From a virus (taxonomy: Duplodnaviria > Caudoviricetes), in the IMG/VR virus record IMGVR_UViG_3300025653_000171, positions 1 through 30,390 of that record: a DNA stretch of 30,390 nucleotides; one strand, given 5' to 3'. Below, one piece after another: positions 16,211 through 24,622 of this stretch. Under the pieces are notes generated by a model. It was not told where the DNA came from. It saw only the letters and a program-made list of their open reading frames with translations, and ran no database searches. The translations under genes were made by a program, and so were the position numbers. Numbering within the stretch: position 1 is the stretch's first letter; each line of letters begins with the position of its first letter.

Positions 16211-16648
16211 TCAGAATGGAATATCGTCGCCCTCGTCATCATCCATCAGCGGGGATTGCTGCTGCGGTTGTGGCTGCCGCTGTTGTCTCTGCTGGGGCTT
16301 CGCTTGCCGATCTCCTCCCTGGCCGCCACCGATAAAAGTGAAGCTCTCGCCGATGACTTTGAGCCTAGATCGCGTTTTGCCAGTTTCCCGATCTTCCCAT
16401 GAATCAAGCTTCAGCCGCCCATCGATGAAGATCGGGCTTCCTTTGGTGAGGTATTTCCCGAGCGTTTCAGCCTGCTGGCCGAAGAAGGTGACATCCACAA
16501 AAAGCGTCTCCTCCTGAAGCTCGTCATTCTTTCGGTATTTGCGATTTGTGGCCAGTCCGATCTCAGCGATGACTGAGCCGTTGACGGTGTTTTTTAGCTC
16601 GGGATCTCGCGTCAGCCTCCCGGCCAGTTCTATTTTGTTTCTGTCCAT
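16211..16648 (-). CDS. ssb: Single-stranded DNA-binding protein
   Basis: NKIELAGRLTRDPEL...KYLTKGSPIFIDGRL...DDIPF C-terminus. Confidence 0.97.
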   Translation of the reverse strand: MDRNKIELAGRLTRDPELKNTVNGSVIAEIGLATNRKYRKNDELQEETLFVDVTFFGQQAETLGKYLTKGSPIFIDGRLKLDSWEDRETGKTRSRLKVIGESFTFIGGGQGGDRQAKPQQRQQRQPQPQQQSPLMDDDEGDDIPF

Positions 16649-16676
16649 TTTTTATTCTTTGGGTTCAGGTTTTTTG

Positions 16677-16985
16677 TCATGCAGCCTCCTCCTCTCGGGC
16701 CATGGCCAATCGCTCGATGCACCATCCTCCCTCCCGGAAAAGTCGGGCCTCGTGTTCGGCGTCAGTGATGATTCTCGCGGCCCGAAGTCGGGCCAGGAAC
16801 CGAGCCTCCCTCAGTTGCTCCTTCCTGGCTCTGAAGAATGCCAAGCGCTCTCGCTCCTCTCGTCGCTCCTGTCGCCTTTTCATCGCTTTCTGGTGACGCC
16901 ATAGCCGAGCGGCAACAAAAAGGGCGTAGGATCGAGCACAGCGCGTTTGGCGCTGGATGTGAGTGGCAGCATCGTGAATGGTCAT
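16677..16985 (-). CDS. Arg-rich hypothetical protein (102 aa)
   Basis: ATG 16985 overlaps the rep stop (ATGA). MTIHDAATHIQRQ... Confidence 0.6.
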   Translation of the reverse strand: MTIHDAATHIQRQTRCARSYALFVAARLWRHQKAMKRRQERREERERLAFFRARKEQLREARFLARLRAARIITDAEHEARLFREGGWCIERLAMAREEEAA

Positions 16986-17779
16986 GGTTTCATCAGGTCG
17001 TCCTTCGTTTGGTATCGATTGCGGGTGGATGGCCGCGCCTTGGGCCGGGCATCGGCCCAGTCCCAAATTTCGGGGAGCCTTCGCCCTATCTCTTTCGCTG
17101 AAACGGGCACTCGGCGCCCGTCCCCCGACTCCTGCGAGGTTTTCCATCCGCCCACGGCGCCGACGATCGTAGAGACCGCTTCGGGATCGGTGAGGAGCTG
17201 CGGATGAGCAGCGAATTCGGCGTATTCGCTGGCGGACCAGTGAGGCCGGCGGAATCCAGCAGCGCGAAGAATCGAATTCATCGGTTCATCGAATGCCCCG
17301 CTCGCTCGCTCGCCCTCATCGCCGTTTCTCGCCAGAGAACCGTTAGAACTAGGGAGAGCGTGAGTATGTGTATTTTCTTCTTCTCCTTTCTTTACCTTCT
17401 TTATTTCGCTTTCCGTTTGCTTTTCGTTTGCTACGTTTTGCGCTTTTTCTTTGCTACTTGGTTCGTTGTAACTCTCGTAATTCAAGAGAGTTAAGACGCC
17501 CAATCCTTGCTTTTTCTGTTTTATTATCATCCCTTCCAAGGCCAAATCATGAAGGAACTTCCGAACCTTCGTTGTAGACCACTTCCAGCGGGCTGAGAGA
17601 TAGCGCTCTGAGGCTGCAAGTCCCCCCCTTGGAATGGGAATCAGTTTTCCGCCCACAAGCTTCGATTGAGGCTTCCATGCGGCCATCAAAATCAGATCAA
17701 GCCAGGCGCGCAGTTTCTCCGGATCTTGCCAAATCCAGTGCTCCTGCATTTTACGGTGAAGCTTCACGTAGCCTGACAT
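16982..17779 (-). CDS. Phage replication initiator (replisome organizer type)
   Basis: MSGYVKLHRKMQEHWIW...AWLDLILMA...RGG...SERYLSARWKWS..KVRKFL N-terminal wHTH, followed by a Lys/Glu-rich linker. Confidence 0.85.
   Translation of the reverse strand: MSGYVKLHRKMQEHWIWQDPEKLRAWLDLILMAAWKPQSKLVGGKLIPIPRGGLAASERYLSARWKWSTTKVRKFLHDLALEGMIIKQKKQGLGVLTLLNYESYNEPSSKEKAQNVANEKQTESEIKKVKKGEEENTHTHALPSSNGSLARNGDEGERASGAFDEPMNSILRAAGFRRPHWSASEYAEFAAHPQLLTDPEAVSTIVGAVGGWKTSQESGDGRRVPVSAKEIGRRLPEIWDWADARPKARPSTRNRYQTKDDLMKP
17372..17530. other. Candidate replication origin inside the initiator gene
   Basis: Strongly T-rich (+ strand) tract with imperfect TTCGTTTGC / CGTTTTGC / GCTTTTTCT repeats at about 10-11 nt spacing. 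Lambdoid origins lie in this linker position. Confidence 0.4.
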
Positions 17780-17791
17780 CGCGTTAGGGAA

Positions 17792-18700
17792 TCAGATCGC
17801 GAAAAGCGTCTCCTGATTGCGTGCCTTCTCGAGGTTGAGGCATGCCTGTTTCCAGTAGCTCTCCTTCAACTCCGAGCCGACGAATTTGCGGCCCTCCTGA
17901 ATAGCCACAAATCCCTCTGAGCCGATCCCCATAAATGGGGACGCCACCACGTCTCCAGGGTTGCTCCAAATCAAGAGCGCCCGCTCGATCACGTCCAACT
18001 GCAAGGGGCAGATATGTCTCTCGTCGTCTGCCTCCCGGGCAGATGACTTTTGAAGCGTTCGACTAGGGTTGATATCCATCCAGACCGGCGATGCGTAGCG
18101 TTGCCACAGATCGATTGAGAGGCGCCCCTCAGATCGAAATGATTCATCCCCCGCCCACTTGCCAAGCTCCCCGCTGACTGGCTCAGGATTCTCTCCGGGC
18201 TTGCGAAACGTGCATAAATAATCCGGGATGCCCTGGCGACTCATGCACGAGTCTTTCACGAGCTGCTTGTGCAGAAGCCCGAGCGCTTTGGTGCGCTGCA
18301 TGGCGGTCACTGGATCTTTCCAAATGACGACTTCTGAATGATAAATCCAGCCGGCCTTCTCATGCGCCCGAATCACCTCCCCGCGAAAGTCCTCGATGCC
18401 GATATACCCATGCCTCGTTTTCGAGGTGGGGAGATTCATGCAATGAACCGACGTCAATCGGCCTGGCTTGGTCACCCGGAAGAGCTGATCCAATAGGAAG
18501 CCGTAGTTCTCAAAGAACTCATCATTGCTCCCGCAATTCCCCATGTCACGCTCTGAGCTGGAGTAGGTGTAAAGGCTCGCGAACGGAGGAGAGTAGATGG
18601 AGAAACCGATGGACTCATCTGGCAGGCCAGAAAAGACCTCAACACAGTCGCCGCGGTAGGCAGTCCAAGTTGAACCGCTTTTCTGATCGATGCACTTCAT
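17792..18700 (-). CDS. DNA N4-C/N6-A methyltransferase (beta class)
   Basis: GDCVE, catalytic SPPF, HICPLQLDVIER and SAM-binding SPFMGIGSEG motifs. Confidence 0.92.
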   Translation of the reverse strand: MKCIDQKSGSTWTAYRGDCVEVFSGLPDESIGFSIYSPPFASLYTYSSSERDMGNCGSNDEFFENYGFLLDQLFRVTKPGRLTSVHCMNLPTSKTRHGYIGIEDFRGEVIRAHEKAGWIYHSEVVIWKDPVTAMQRTKALGLLHKQLVKDSCMSRQGIPDYLCTFRKPGENPEPVSGELGKWAGDESFRSEGRLSIDLWQRYASPVWMDINPSRTLQKSSAREADDERHICPLQLDVIERALLIWSNPGDVVASPFMGIGSEGFVAIQEGRKFVGSELKESYWKQACLNLEKARNQETLFAI

Positions 18701-18888
18701 GGCTTCTCAACGATCGTCATCATTAGTCTCAGCTTGCTATTGATCTTGCGGGCGTCTTCGAGCATGTCCGCGATCGCGACTTGCATGCCCGGATCATTTA
18801 GCGTGGACTTGCGGATCTCTGTGAGATCATTCTCGGCGAACTCCATGGATTGATTCGCCTTCGTAAGCAGCTCGTATAGACTGGTCAT
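18697..18888 (-). CDS. Small helical hypothetical protein
   Basis: 63 aa, with ATGA overlaps on both sides (helicase and MTase). Confidence 0.7.
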   Translation of the reverse strand: MTSLYELLTKANQSMEFAENDLTEIRKSTLNDPGMQVAIADMLEDARKINSKLRLMMTIVEKP

Positions 18889-20249
18889 AATAAAAATGAT
18901 GGGATCACCATCGATTGATTTGCTTTATAGGTTTTGTCGATTCGCTGAGAACCTTTGATGTTCTCCAGCGTGAAATTTTGCATTTGTTCTAACATTCGGT
19001 TCGCCATCTCTTCAGCGTCGGCTTCCTTGCGCTTGATATTTTCCACCACCGCGCCCTCCGTGTTCGCCGTGACCACGTAGCAGGTGACAGGACTCAACTG
19101 GCCAAATCGCCAGCACCGCCGCACCGCCTGGTAAAATTGCTCATAGGAGTCTGAGAGCCCTGTGAATGCCATCTTGGAACAGTGCTGGAAGTTCATGCCC
19201 CAACCGCAAATGGAAGGCTTGGAAACAAGCACACGATAGCGGCCCTCAACGAATCCCATCATGCGGTCCTCCTTTGACTCTGGCGTGTCTGAGCCTCTTA
19301 CCTCGACGGCATCACCGATAGCCTTCCGCAAGGCATCGCTCTCTGAGTTGAGATCGCACCAGACAAGCCATGGCTCATCTGACCCGTTGACTAGATCGGC
19401 CACGGCTTTCACCCGTTCATCCACGCTGTTTCTCCGGGCTTCCTGGCGCTCCTGTAATGTCCTCGCATCAAGAGCAAAAAGCATTTCACCAGCGTCTGGC
19501 TGGTGATCTACTTGAACGTGATCAATAAAAAGAGGAGGTAGCTCAAACGATCCGTTGTCGTATCCAATATCAGAAGGCTTTCGGATCATGAGAGACCAAG
19601 ACGCCATCCACTTCCAGAAGTCCGTTTTAGCGTGGCCCTTCAATCTCCACTTCTGAGTCTCACCGCCATCGTGGACAAAGAACCGCGCCAGCATCTCGGT
19701 CCGGCTCATGCACCCAAGGAACTCAGAGTGATTGCCAAGCTCCATGAAATCGTTAGGCGCAGGCGTTGCGGTTGCGCAGAGACGAAAAGGGACGCCTCCC
19801 CAATCATCGACAAGCTGATTGCGAAACTTGCCCGTGTAGCTCTTCAGGATTGAAGACTCATCCAGCACGATTCCCGTAAAATCTTCCGGGCTGAACCTCG
19901 CAAGCATCTCGTAGTTAGTGACCGCGAGCCGAGTCTCCTTGTCGTCTTCCCTTAGATACTTCGCCCCATCGATGCCAAACTTGCCAGACTCACGGACGGT
20001 CTGAGTTGCCACAGCCAGCGGCGCGACGATGAGCACGCGGCCAGGAATGTGTCTGGCCCACTCCATCTGCATCAGCGTCTTGCCAAGTCCGCAATCCGCA
20101 AAGATGGCCGCCCGCCCGCGCTTCAATGCCCAATGCACAATATCGCGCTGGAATGGGTAGAGGTTGCCATTAAGATCCCCAATCTGATCTAGCCCCGTCG
20201 GGACATCCGCCACTCGCTTCATCGCGAGAAATTGTTGATAATCGCTCAT
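18885..20249 (-). CDS. SF2 (SNF2-like) helicase/ATPase associated with DNA methylase
   Basis: LYPFQ, ADCGLGKT, LDESS, TATPAPN, GWGMNFQ and QAVRRCWRFGQ motifs. Probable start is ATG 20249 (MSDYQQFL). Confidence 0.9.
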   Translation of the reverse strand: MSDYQQFLAMKRVADVPTGLDQIGDLNGNLYPFQRDIVHWALKRGRAAIFADCGLGKTLMQMEWARHIPGRVLIVAPLAVATQTVRESGKFGIDGAKYLREDDKETRLAVTNYEMLARFSPEDFTGIVLDESSILKSYTGKFRNQLVDDWGGVPFRLCATATPAPNDFMELGNHSEFLGCMSRTEMLARFFVHDGGETQKWRLKGHAKTDFWKWMASWSLMIRKPSDIGYDNGSFELPPLFIDHVQVDHQPDAGEMLFALDARTLQERQEARRNSVDERVKAVADLVNGSDEPWLVWCDLNSESDALRKAIGDAVEVRGSDTPESKEDRMMGFVEGRYRVLVSKPSICGWGMNFQHCSKMAFTGLSDSYEQFYQAVRRCWRFGQLSPVTCYVVTANTEGAVVENIKRKEADAEEMANRMLEQMQNFTLENIKGSQRIDKTYKANQSMVIPSFLL

Positions 20250-20254
20250 GCTCA

Positions 20255-20326
20255 CAAAAAAGCCCCCGGTTGCGATGGACCATGAACCGAAGTCCATGCT
20301 GGAAACATCCACCGCAACCGAGGGCC
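20255..20326 (-). terminator. Attenuator-like terminator hairpin
   Basis: 18-bp stem GCCCTCGGTTGCGGTGGA / TCCATCGCAACCGGGGGC (2 G-U pairs), inner CATGGAC-TTCG-GTTCATG, followed by TTTTTT. Confidence 0.85.
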
Positions 20327-20367
20327 GCGATTCCTTTCTAGACTGGTTTCCAGCTCAGTCATGGTTT

Positions 20368-20396
20368 ATCATATCAAGCAGTTTCCCAGATGGCAA
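20368..20396 (-). promoter_or_regulatory. Near-consensus sigma70 promoter
   Basis: TTGCCA-17 nt-TATGAT. Direct repeat GGAAACTG at 20379-20386 and 20397-20404 flanks the -35. Confidence 0.75.
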
Positions 20397-20423
20397 CAGT
20401 TTCCTTTTTGGAAATCGTTCATT

Positions 20424-20585
20424 CTAGGAAATCCAGTAAAACCGCCAGCCGTCATCTGCGCCCCATCTGCGGAGCGTGTTCTGGAGGTGAATGCTGAGCT
20501 TGTTGCCGTAGGTCTCCCGAGAGGCTCCTGTGCGCCAGTTGATCGCCAAGCATTTCCAGAGCGGCTCTGACCCATCCCATTTCAT
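20424..20585 (-). CDS. Small hypothetical protein (53 aa)
   Basis: MKWDGSEPLWKCL...; ATGA overlap with the resolvase stop and GGGAG upstream. Confidence 0.55.
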   Translation of the reverse strand: MKWDGSEPLWKCLAINWRTGASRETYGNKLSIHLQNTLRRWGADDGWRFYWIS

Positions 20586-20896
20586 AGAGACTCCCTCACT
20601 AGGTTTAGAAAGTCCTCGGCCCGCATCATCACAAGCCACTCACAATTGTTTTTCCGGTGGGCGACGTAGGGAGTCTTCTCCCCAGCGTCGCGGATCGCCT
20701 GGCGCATCGCATCGTAAATTTGCAACCGCTCCACGCGCTTCACTTCGCAGTGAAACCCGGGCATGTCTTCGCACTGCACGTCTGGCGAATCTGGCCCGCC
20801 GGCAAACTGCTGCCCGCGCCTGGCGTTGAATCCATGCTCGCGTAAGAATGCCGCCCATTCACGCTCTCCTCTTGCGCCTTTGCTTCTGCTATTCAT
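20582..20896 (-). CDS. Hjc-type Holliday junction resolvase (PD-(D/E)xK)
   Basis: MNSRSKGARGERE...SPDV...HCEVKR; GAGGAGG Shine-Dalgarno. Confidence 0.85.
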   Translation of the reverse strand: MNSRSKGARGEREWAAFLREHGFNARRGQQFAGGPDSPDVQCEDMPGFHCEVKRVERLQIYDAMRQAIRDAGEKTPYVAHRKNNCEWLVMMRAEDFLNLVRESL

Positions 20897-21033
20897 CGCG
20901 TGCCTCCTCTTTGGCGTTCATTTTTGGTGCTTTGGTGCCCTGAGCCCCTCACCTCGAGGGGCTCCCGATGCTCCGCAGGTAACAGTAGGCGCTGTGTTTT
21001 GCGTTTTGTTTTTTCATCGGTGGGCATGATTGG

Positions 21034-21240
21034 TTAGAATAGTTCCGTTTGGCCCTGCTCCTGGTGCATGAGCCTTTCCAGCTTGCACTTGGCCGCCTTC
21101 ATTGCAGCGATCCCGTGCTCTACCTGAGCCTCTGTCATTCGGCCTTTTGAGACCTCGAATGGGTAAACGCGCTCTCTACGGCGCAGCTCTTCGCTCACTT
21201 CTTCAAGAGCTTCCTGTGTGCTAATATGGTCAATGTTCAT
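21034..21240 (-). CDS. Small conserved phage protein (68 aa)
   Basis: EEVSEELRRRERVYPFEVSKGRMT motif. ATGA overlap with the exonuclease stop. Confidence 0.7.
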   Translation of the reverse strand: MNIDHISTQEALEEVSEELRRRERVYPFEVSKGRMTEAQVEHGIAAMKAAKCKLERLMHQEQGQTELF

Positions 21241-21857
21241 TTTGTAAGTAGAGGCATAATTTCCTCTCGTTTTTGTTGGTAGTAGATAATGAAGCGGTCT
21301 ATCGCGCTTCTGACAGTTTCCGTGTAGTCGTCTCGTTCGATTCTTGTGATAAATTCCGGGAGGCCCCGGCAGTAGCTCATGAAATACCAGAAATCGAGTC
21401 CGGTGATGGCCATGCTGCCGTGAACCTGTGCTCGGTATTGGCCGGGCAGCTCTTTGGCTATTAGATATTTGCAATGGTTCTTTGCCAAGGGGCATTTGAT
21501 CTCCAGGCCCGCGATCCACTCACCATCCTTCTGAATGAGGCTATCTGGCGAGCATCCCACCACCTCATCCTCACGAGTGCAGAAGCCCACCTGATGAGCC
21601 TCCATGCCCATGATCCGCTCAAATGCTTCTCTGGCTTCTGGCTCCAGCTCGTTGCCCCGGTCAGTGTGCAAATTCCCCTCGAACTTAATCTCATCCCATC
21701 GGATGCATTCGGCGCAAAGCTCAATGGCGTATTCTTCCCACTGGCTGGAGTCCTTCCCTGACGGAGTGATGATTCGCGAGAGTGAGGATGCAGTGATTCG
21801 ACCCGCTCGGGCGCGAAACCACTCCTCAGTCTGCTGCGGGAGATCCCAGATTTTCAC
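21237..21857 (-). CDS. YqaJ/lambda-exonuclease family protein
   Basis: QQTEEWFRARAGRITAS, RGNELEPEAR, GCSPDSL, LEIKCP and Y.AQVHGSM motifs. Confidence 0.93.
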   Translation of the reverse strand: MKIWDLPQQTEEWFRARAGRITASSLSRIITPSGKDSSQWEEYAIELCAECIRWDEIKFEGNLHTDRGNELEPEAREAFERIMGMEAHQVGFCTREDEVVGCSPDSLIQKDGEWIAGLEIKCPLAKNHCKYLIAKELPGQYRAQVHGSMAITGLDFWYFMSYCRGLPEFITRIERDDYTETVRSAIDRFIIYYQQKREEIMPLLTK

Positions 21858-22048
21858 GCTCTGTTTCTCCTGCGGCTTTTTCTAGCCGCTTTGTTTTTGG
21901 CGCGGCGTTTGCGAGTTGCTTTATCTTTTGAACATTGCGGCCTCTTCCCCCGACCCTTGAACGCCTCTCTCTTTTCCCAATCAGTCATCACGCCTGCTCC
22001 TGCTGCCAGAGCCATCGCGCCAATTCCTAACATGGCTCTTTTGTTCAT
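21854..22048 (-). CDS. Small protein with hydrophobic N-terminus and Arg/Lys-rich tail (64 aa)
   Basis: MNKRAMLGIGAMALAAGAG...KRRAKNKAARKSRRRNRA. GGAGGT SD; overlaps both neighbours. Confidence 0.7.
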   Translation of the reverse strand: MNKRAMLGIGAMALAAGAGVMTDWEKREAFKGRGKRPQCSKDKATRKRRAKNKAARKSRRRNRA

Positions 22049-22995
22049 GCATTCACCTCCTTCCACGCTTCGTTGACGGCCTGGGCGAAGGCTTCGGCTT
22101 TCTGGAGATTTTCTTCGTGAGTGAGGTATTCCTTTGCTGCTTTGATGACAGCAAACCCCTGCTTGATGCTTTCCTTAAACCCCTGCCATTCAAGTCCCGG
22201 CGAAAGCAGCTCCGTCGCTTTTGCAGGCGCAGCCTGTTCGGTCTTCGACTCGGGGGGCAAGGGCGGCTTGTTGGCTTCCTCTTGCTCTTTCCTGACCGCT
22301 TCAGCTTCCGCCCTAGCCTGGCGCTCCCGCGCTTCGGCTTCTTCCTTCTCGCGCCTCAGACGAGCTTTCTCCGCACGCTCACCCAGGAGATTCGCCAAAG
22401 ATTCTGCGCCGAGCGCGTGCATCTCCAACGTGCTCCGATCCGAAAGGAGATCCGCGTGATGAGATGCCGCTCCCTGGAATTCCTCGATGACCTTTCGGTT
22501 CCCTTGAATCCTGCCCGTCCATTCCATCACAACGACATCGACCGCGGAGTTCATGCTCTTGATGGTGCGCTTGCCCTTCACCGCTTCTTGCAGTGCTGGC
22601 AACGCCTGTTTGGCCTGCTGGGGGAGCAGCTCGGCCTTCTCTTGCAGCTTTGTCACGGCCTTCTCGACGCAATCCTGTCGAATCTCCTCCTTCCGCGCCT
22701 TCACGGCCTTCCCGAGATCCAGCCGGACCTGCCGCACTTTCTCAGACGTGCTGGAGAGAGCCTCAAGGAGCTCGTTCAGTGCCTTCGCTTCCTTGAGCGC
22801 TTCTTTGGTTTTCGAGTCGATTTCCTCCTCGACGGCTTTCAGGGTTTTCCAGTCGTCTTCCGCTTGGCCAAATTCCTGATCTGTTGACGGTGACGTGTTG
22901 ATCTTTGCCAGTCGCGCTTCAATAGCGCCCTGGTAGGCGGGAAGGTTCGATTCTACAACCTCCCCTTTGACGATGATAGTAAGGGTTTCTTCCAT
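22045..22995 (-). CDS. Coiled-coil hypothetical protein in the recombination module (DUF1351-like)
   Basis: 316 aa, helical, between SSAP-like gene and exonuclease. Confidence 0.7.
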   Translation of the reverse strand: MEETLTIIVKGEVVESNLPAYQGAIEARLAKINTSPSTDQEFGQAEDDWKTLKAVEEEIDSKTKEALKEAKALNELLEALSSTSEKVRQVRLDLGKAVKARKEEIRQDCVEKAVTKLQEKAELLPQQAKQALPALQEAVKGKRTIKSMNSAVDVVVMEWTGRIQGNRKVIEEFQGAASHHADLLSDRSTLEMHALGAESLANLLGERAEKARLRREKEEAEARERQARAEAEAVRKEQEEANKPPLPPESKTEQAAPAKATELLSPGLEWQGFKESIKQGFAVIKAAKEYLTHEENLQKAEAFAQAVNEAWKEVNA

Positions 22996-23000
22996 GGTTA

Positions 23001-23207
23001 TTATCTAAGAGTTTCGATATAACAGCACTGGCTAACGCTTGATTTGAATTTCACCCAGAGCCGGTCTTCGACTCCCTCTCGGATCGTTGACACAATCCCA
23101 CTTTCGCAGTCTGGATGACTAGCATCGCCATTGGCGTGGTGCGGTACGTAGGTGACTGGATCACCTACTTTGTATTCACTGGCTTTCTTAATGTGCGTGT
23201 CGGGCAT
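23001..23207 (-). CDS. Small hypothetical protein (SH3-like beta pattern)
   Basis: 68 aa, YKVGDPVTYVP...GIVS...WVKF. Tiles the operon. Confidence 0.65.
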   Translation of the reverse strand: MPDTHIKKASEYKVGDPVTYVPHHANGDASHPDCESGIVSTIREGVEDRLWVKFKSSVSQCCYIETLR

Positions 23208-23210
23208 TTC

Positions 23211-24089
23211 TTACAGCAGGGTTTCTTCTTTCTGTTGTGCAGGAGCCTCTGCTGGCTTCTCCGTGGCTTTCTTTTTCTCAAAGGGATCGACGGGCGCCTG
23301 TTCGGTTGGTGCAGCCTGTGCGTCGAACCAATCCTCCTTCGCGCTCATGCCGTCCCGGAGGCTGGTGTAGATTCGGCGCAGCCTGAGCACCTGTGCGGGC
23401 GTGATAGAATCCATTCGTCGTTGGATAAATCCCTCGATCATCGCTTTGGTGACGCCAAACTCCCCAAACTTTGAAAGGATCGAGCTTTGTGCTTCCGGCC
23501 CAGTGTCAGCGCTCGCCTGGAGCGTCACTTGGCACTGACTCACCGCATCCTCGATGATGTCACCGGGGATAACTGCCAGGATGCATGCACGGAGTCGCCG
23601 AGCAGCCTGATTCGCGCAGAGTTCGTAAATGTCCCGCTCGTCCTTCAGCGCATAGCCTCCCTTTTTTGTGTCGCGCCAATGGCGGACGGTGAATGTTCGG
23701 GGGACTCTCGTATTCGTCTCAAGATCCCAGGCGTAGGTTTCCACGGTGGAAATACCAACGCCGTCTTTGTCCTGCTTCCGGTCCACCTCCCTCCAACCGC
23801 TCTCGATGTTCCCCCATTGCTGGGCGACCGCCTCCGCTAAACGAATGGACGGCCCAGCGACTTCAGTGCCCCCTCGTGAGAAGGTGTAGGTCGATTGCTC
23901 CGCCAGCGTCTTGCGGGAGCAGGCGTTCGCGATCCGGTCGATGGCAGCCTTTTCGTCTCGCGGGAATCGTTTCGCGGCAAGCATGGCCATCATGACCTGA
24001 CCAGTCTCCCGGCTCGCCAAGGCGGCACCGAGTGGCGAATCAGCCGTTGGTTGTAATTGTGCGCCGAGTGGCGCCAGTTCTTCCTTCAT
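23211..24089 (-). CDS. Putative single-strand annealing recombinase
   Basis: AKRFPRD...RGG..VAGPSIRLAEA.AQQWGN...AWDLETN...ARRLRACIL is a phage family motif set. Function inferred from adjacency to the YqaJ exonuclease. Confidence 0.65.
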   Translation of the reverse strand: MKEELAPLGAQLQPTADSPLGAALASRETGQVMMAMLAAKRFPRDEKAAIDRIANACSRKTLAEQSTYTFSRGGTEVAGPSIRLAEAVAQQWGNIESGWREVDRKQDKDGVGISTVETYAWDLETNTRVPRTFTVRHWRDTKKGGYALKDERDIYELCANQAARRLRACILAVIPGDIIEDAVSQCQVTLQASADTGPEAQSSILSKFGEFGVTKAMIEGFIQRRMDSITPAQVLRLRRIYTSLRDGMSAKEDWFDAQAAPTEQAPVDPFEKKKATEKPAEAPAQQKEETLL

Positions 24090-24111
24090 GTTTCGTAAGG
24101 GTAAAAGTGAA

Positions 24112-24179
24112 GGAGAGAGCCAAGGGAACCCCCGTAGCCGCTGGAGGAGGATGCGGCTATCAAAACCCTGGCTCTCCCC
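24112..24179. promoter_or_regulatory. Nested intergenic stem-loop
   Basis: GAGAGCCA(A)GGG / CCCTGGCTCTC outer stem, TAGCCGC / GCGGCTA inner stem, loop TGGAGGAGGAT (+ strand). Confidence 0.7.
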
Positions 24180-24185
24180 AAGGCG

Positions 24186-24620
24186 TTACTTGCTGCCTTG
24201 CAGCAAAACGGGCCGAGCTAACTCAAGGCCAACGTTGATCGAGTCCGCAATGAGGCGGTTCGTCGCCTGGTCGCCGTAGTGGTCCGCGATCCGTCCCACA
24301 GTGAGCACCCCCAGGCCATAGAGAGGTTCGTCGAATGACGCGAAGTCCACGTCCCCCGTGATCTGGTGTTCGGCGAGCGCCTCCATCACAGGCGCAAGCT
24401 CGGGCTTCGCCTCGACTGCCTGCTGGACAATCAAGGCTCCCCCGGCAGAAACAATCGTCTGCCCCAGCGGAGATTTCAAAAATCCCCAGGTTTGGGCACA
24501 GGATGGAAGTACCACCAGCGTCACGCCGCAGAAGACTCCAGCGAGGAAGATGGTAAGTGTTCTGGAAATGCGCTCGGCTCGGCCAGGCGCCCGGACAATG
24601 GGTGATTGCACGTGTCTCAT
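24186..24620 (-). CDS. Putative lipoprotein/membrane protein
   Basis: Basic N-terminus, hydrophobic stretch LTIFLAGVFCGVTLVV and lipobox-like LPSC. Confidence 0.6.
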   Translation of the reverse strand: MRHVQSPIVRAPGRAERISRTLTIFLAGVFCGVTLVVLPSCAQTWGFLKSPLGQTIVSAGGALIVQQAVEAKPELAPVMEALAEHQITGDVDFASFDEPLYGLGVLTVGRIADHYGDQATNRLIADSINVGLELARPVLLQGSK

Positions 24621-24622
24621 AG

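Noticed and set aside
20250-20312. Extended GTG start of the helicase given in the ORF track
   Set aside because: It lies within the terminator stem. ATG 20249 gives the family-typical N-terminus (MSDYQQFL..K).
20896-21017. Stop-codon readthrough from MKKQNAK... across the hairpin TGA into the resolvase
   Set aside because: On recount the frames do not match (121-nt offset), and the resolvase has its own GAGGAGG SD.
22117-22887. 256-aa plus-strand ORF
   Set aside because: Antisense shadow of the coiled-coil gene; its Leu/Phe/Arg-rich composition is typical of such shadows.
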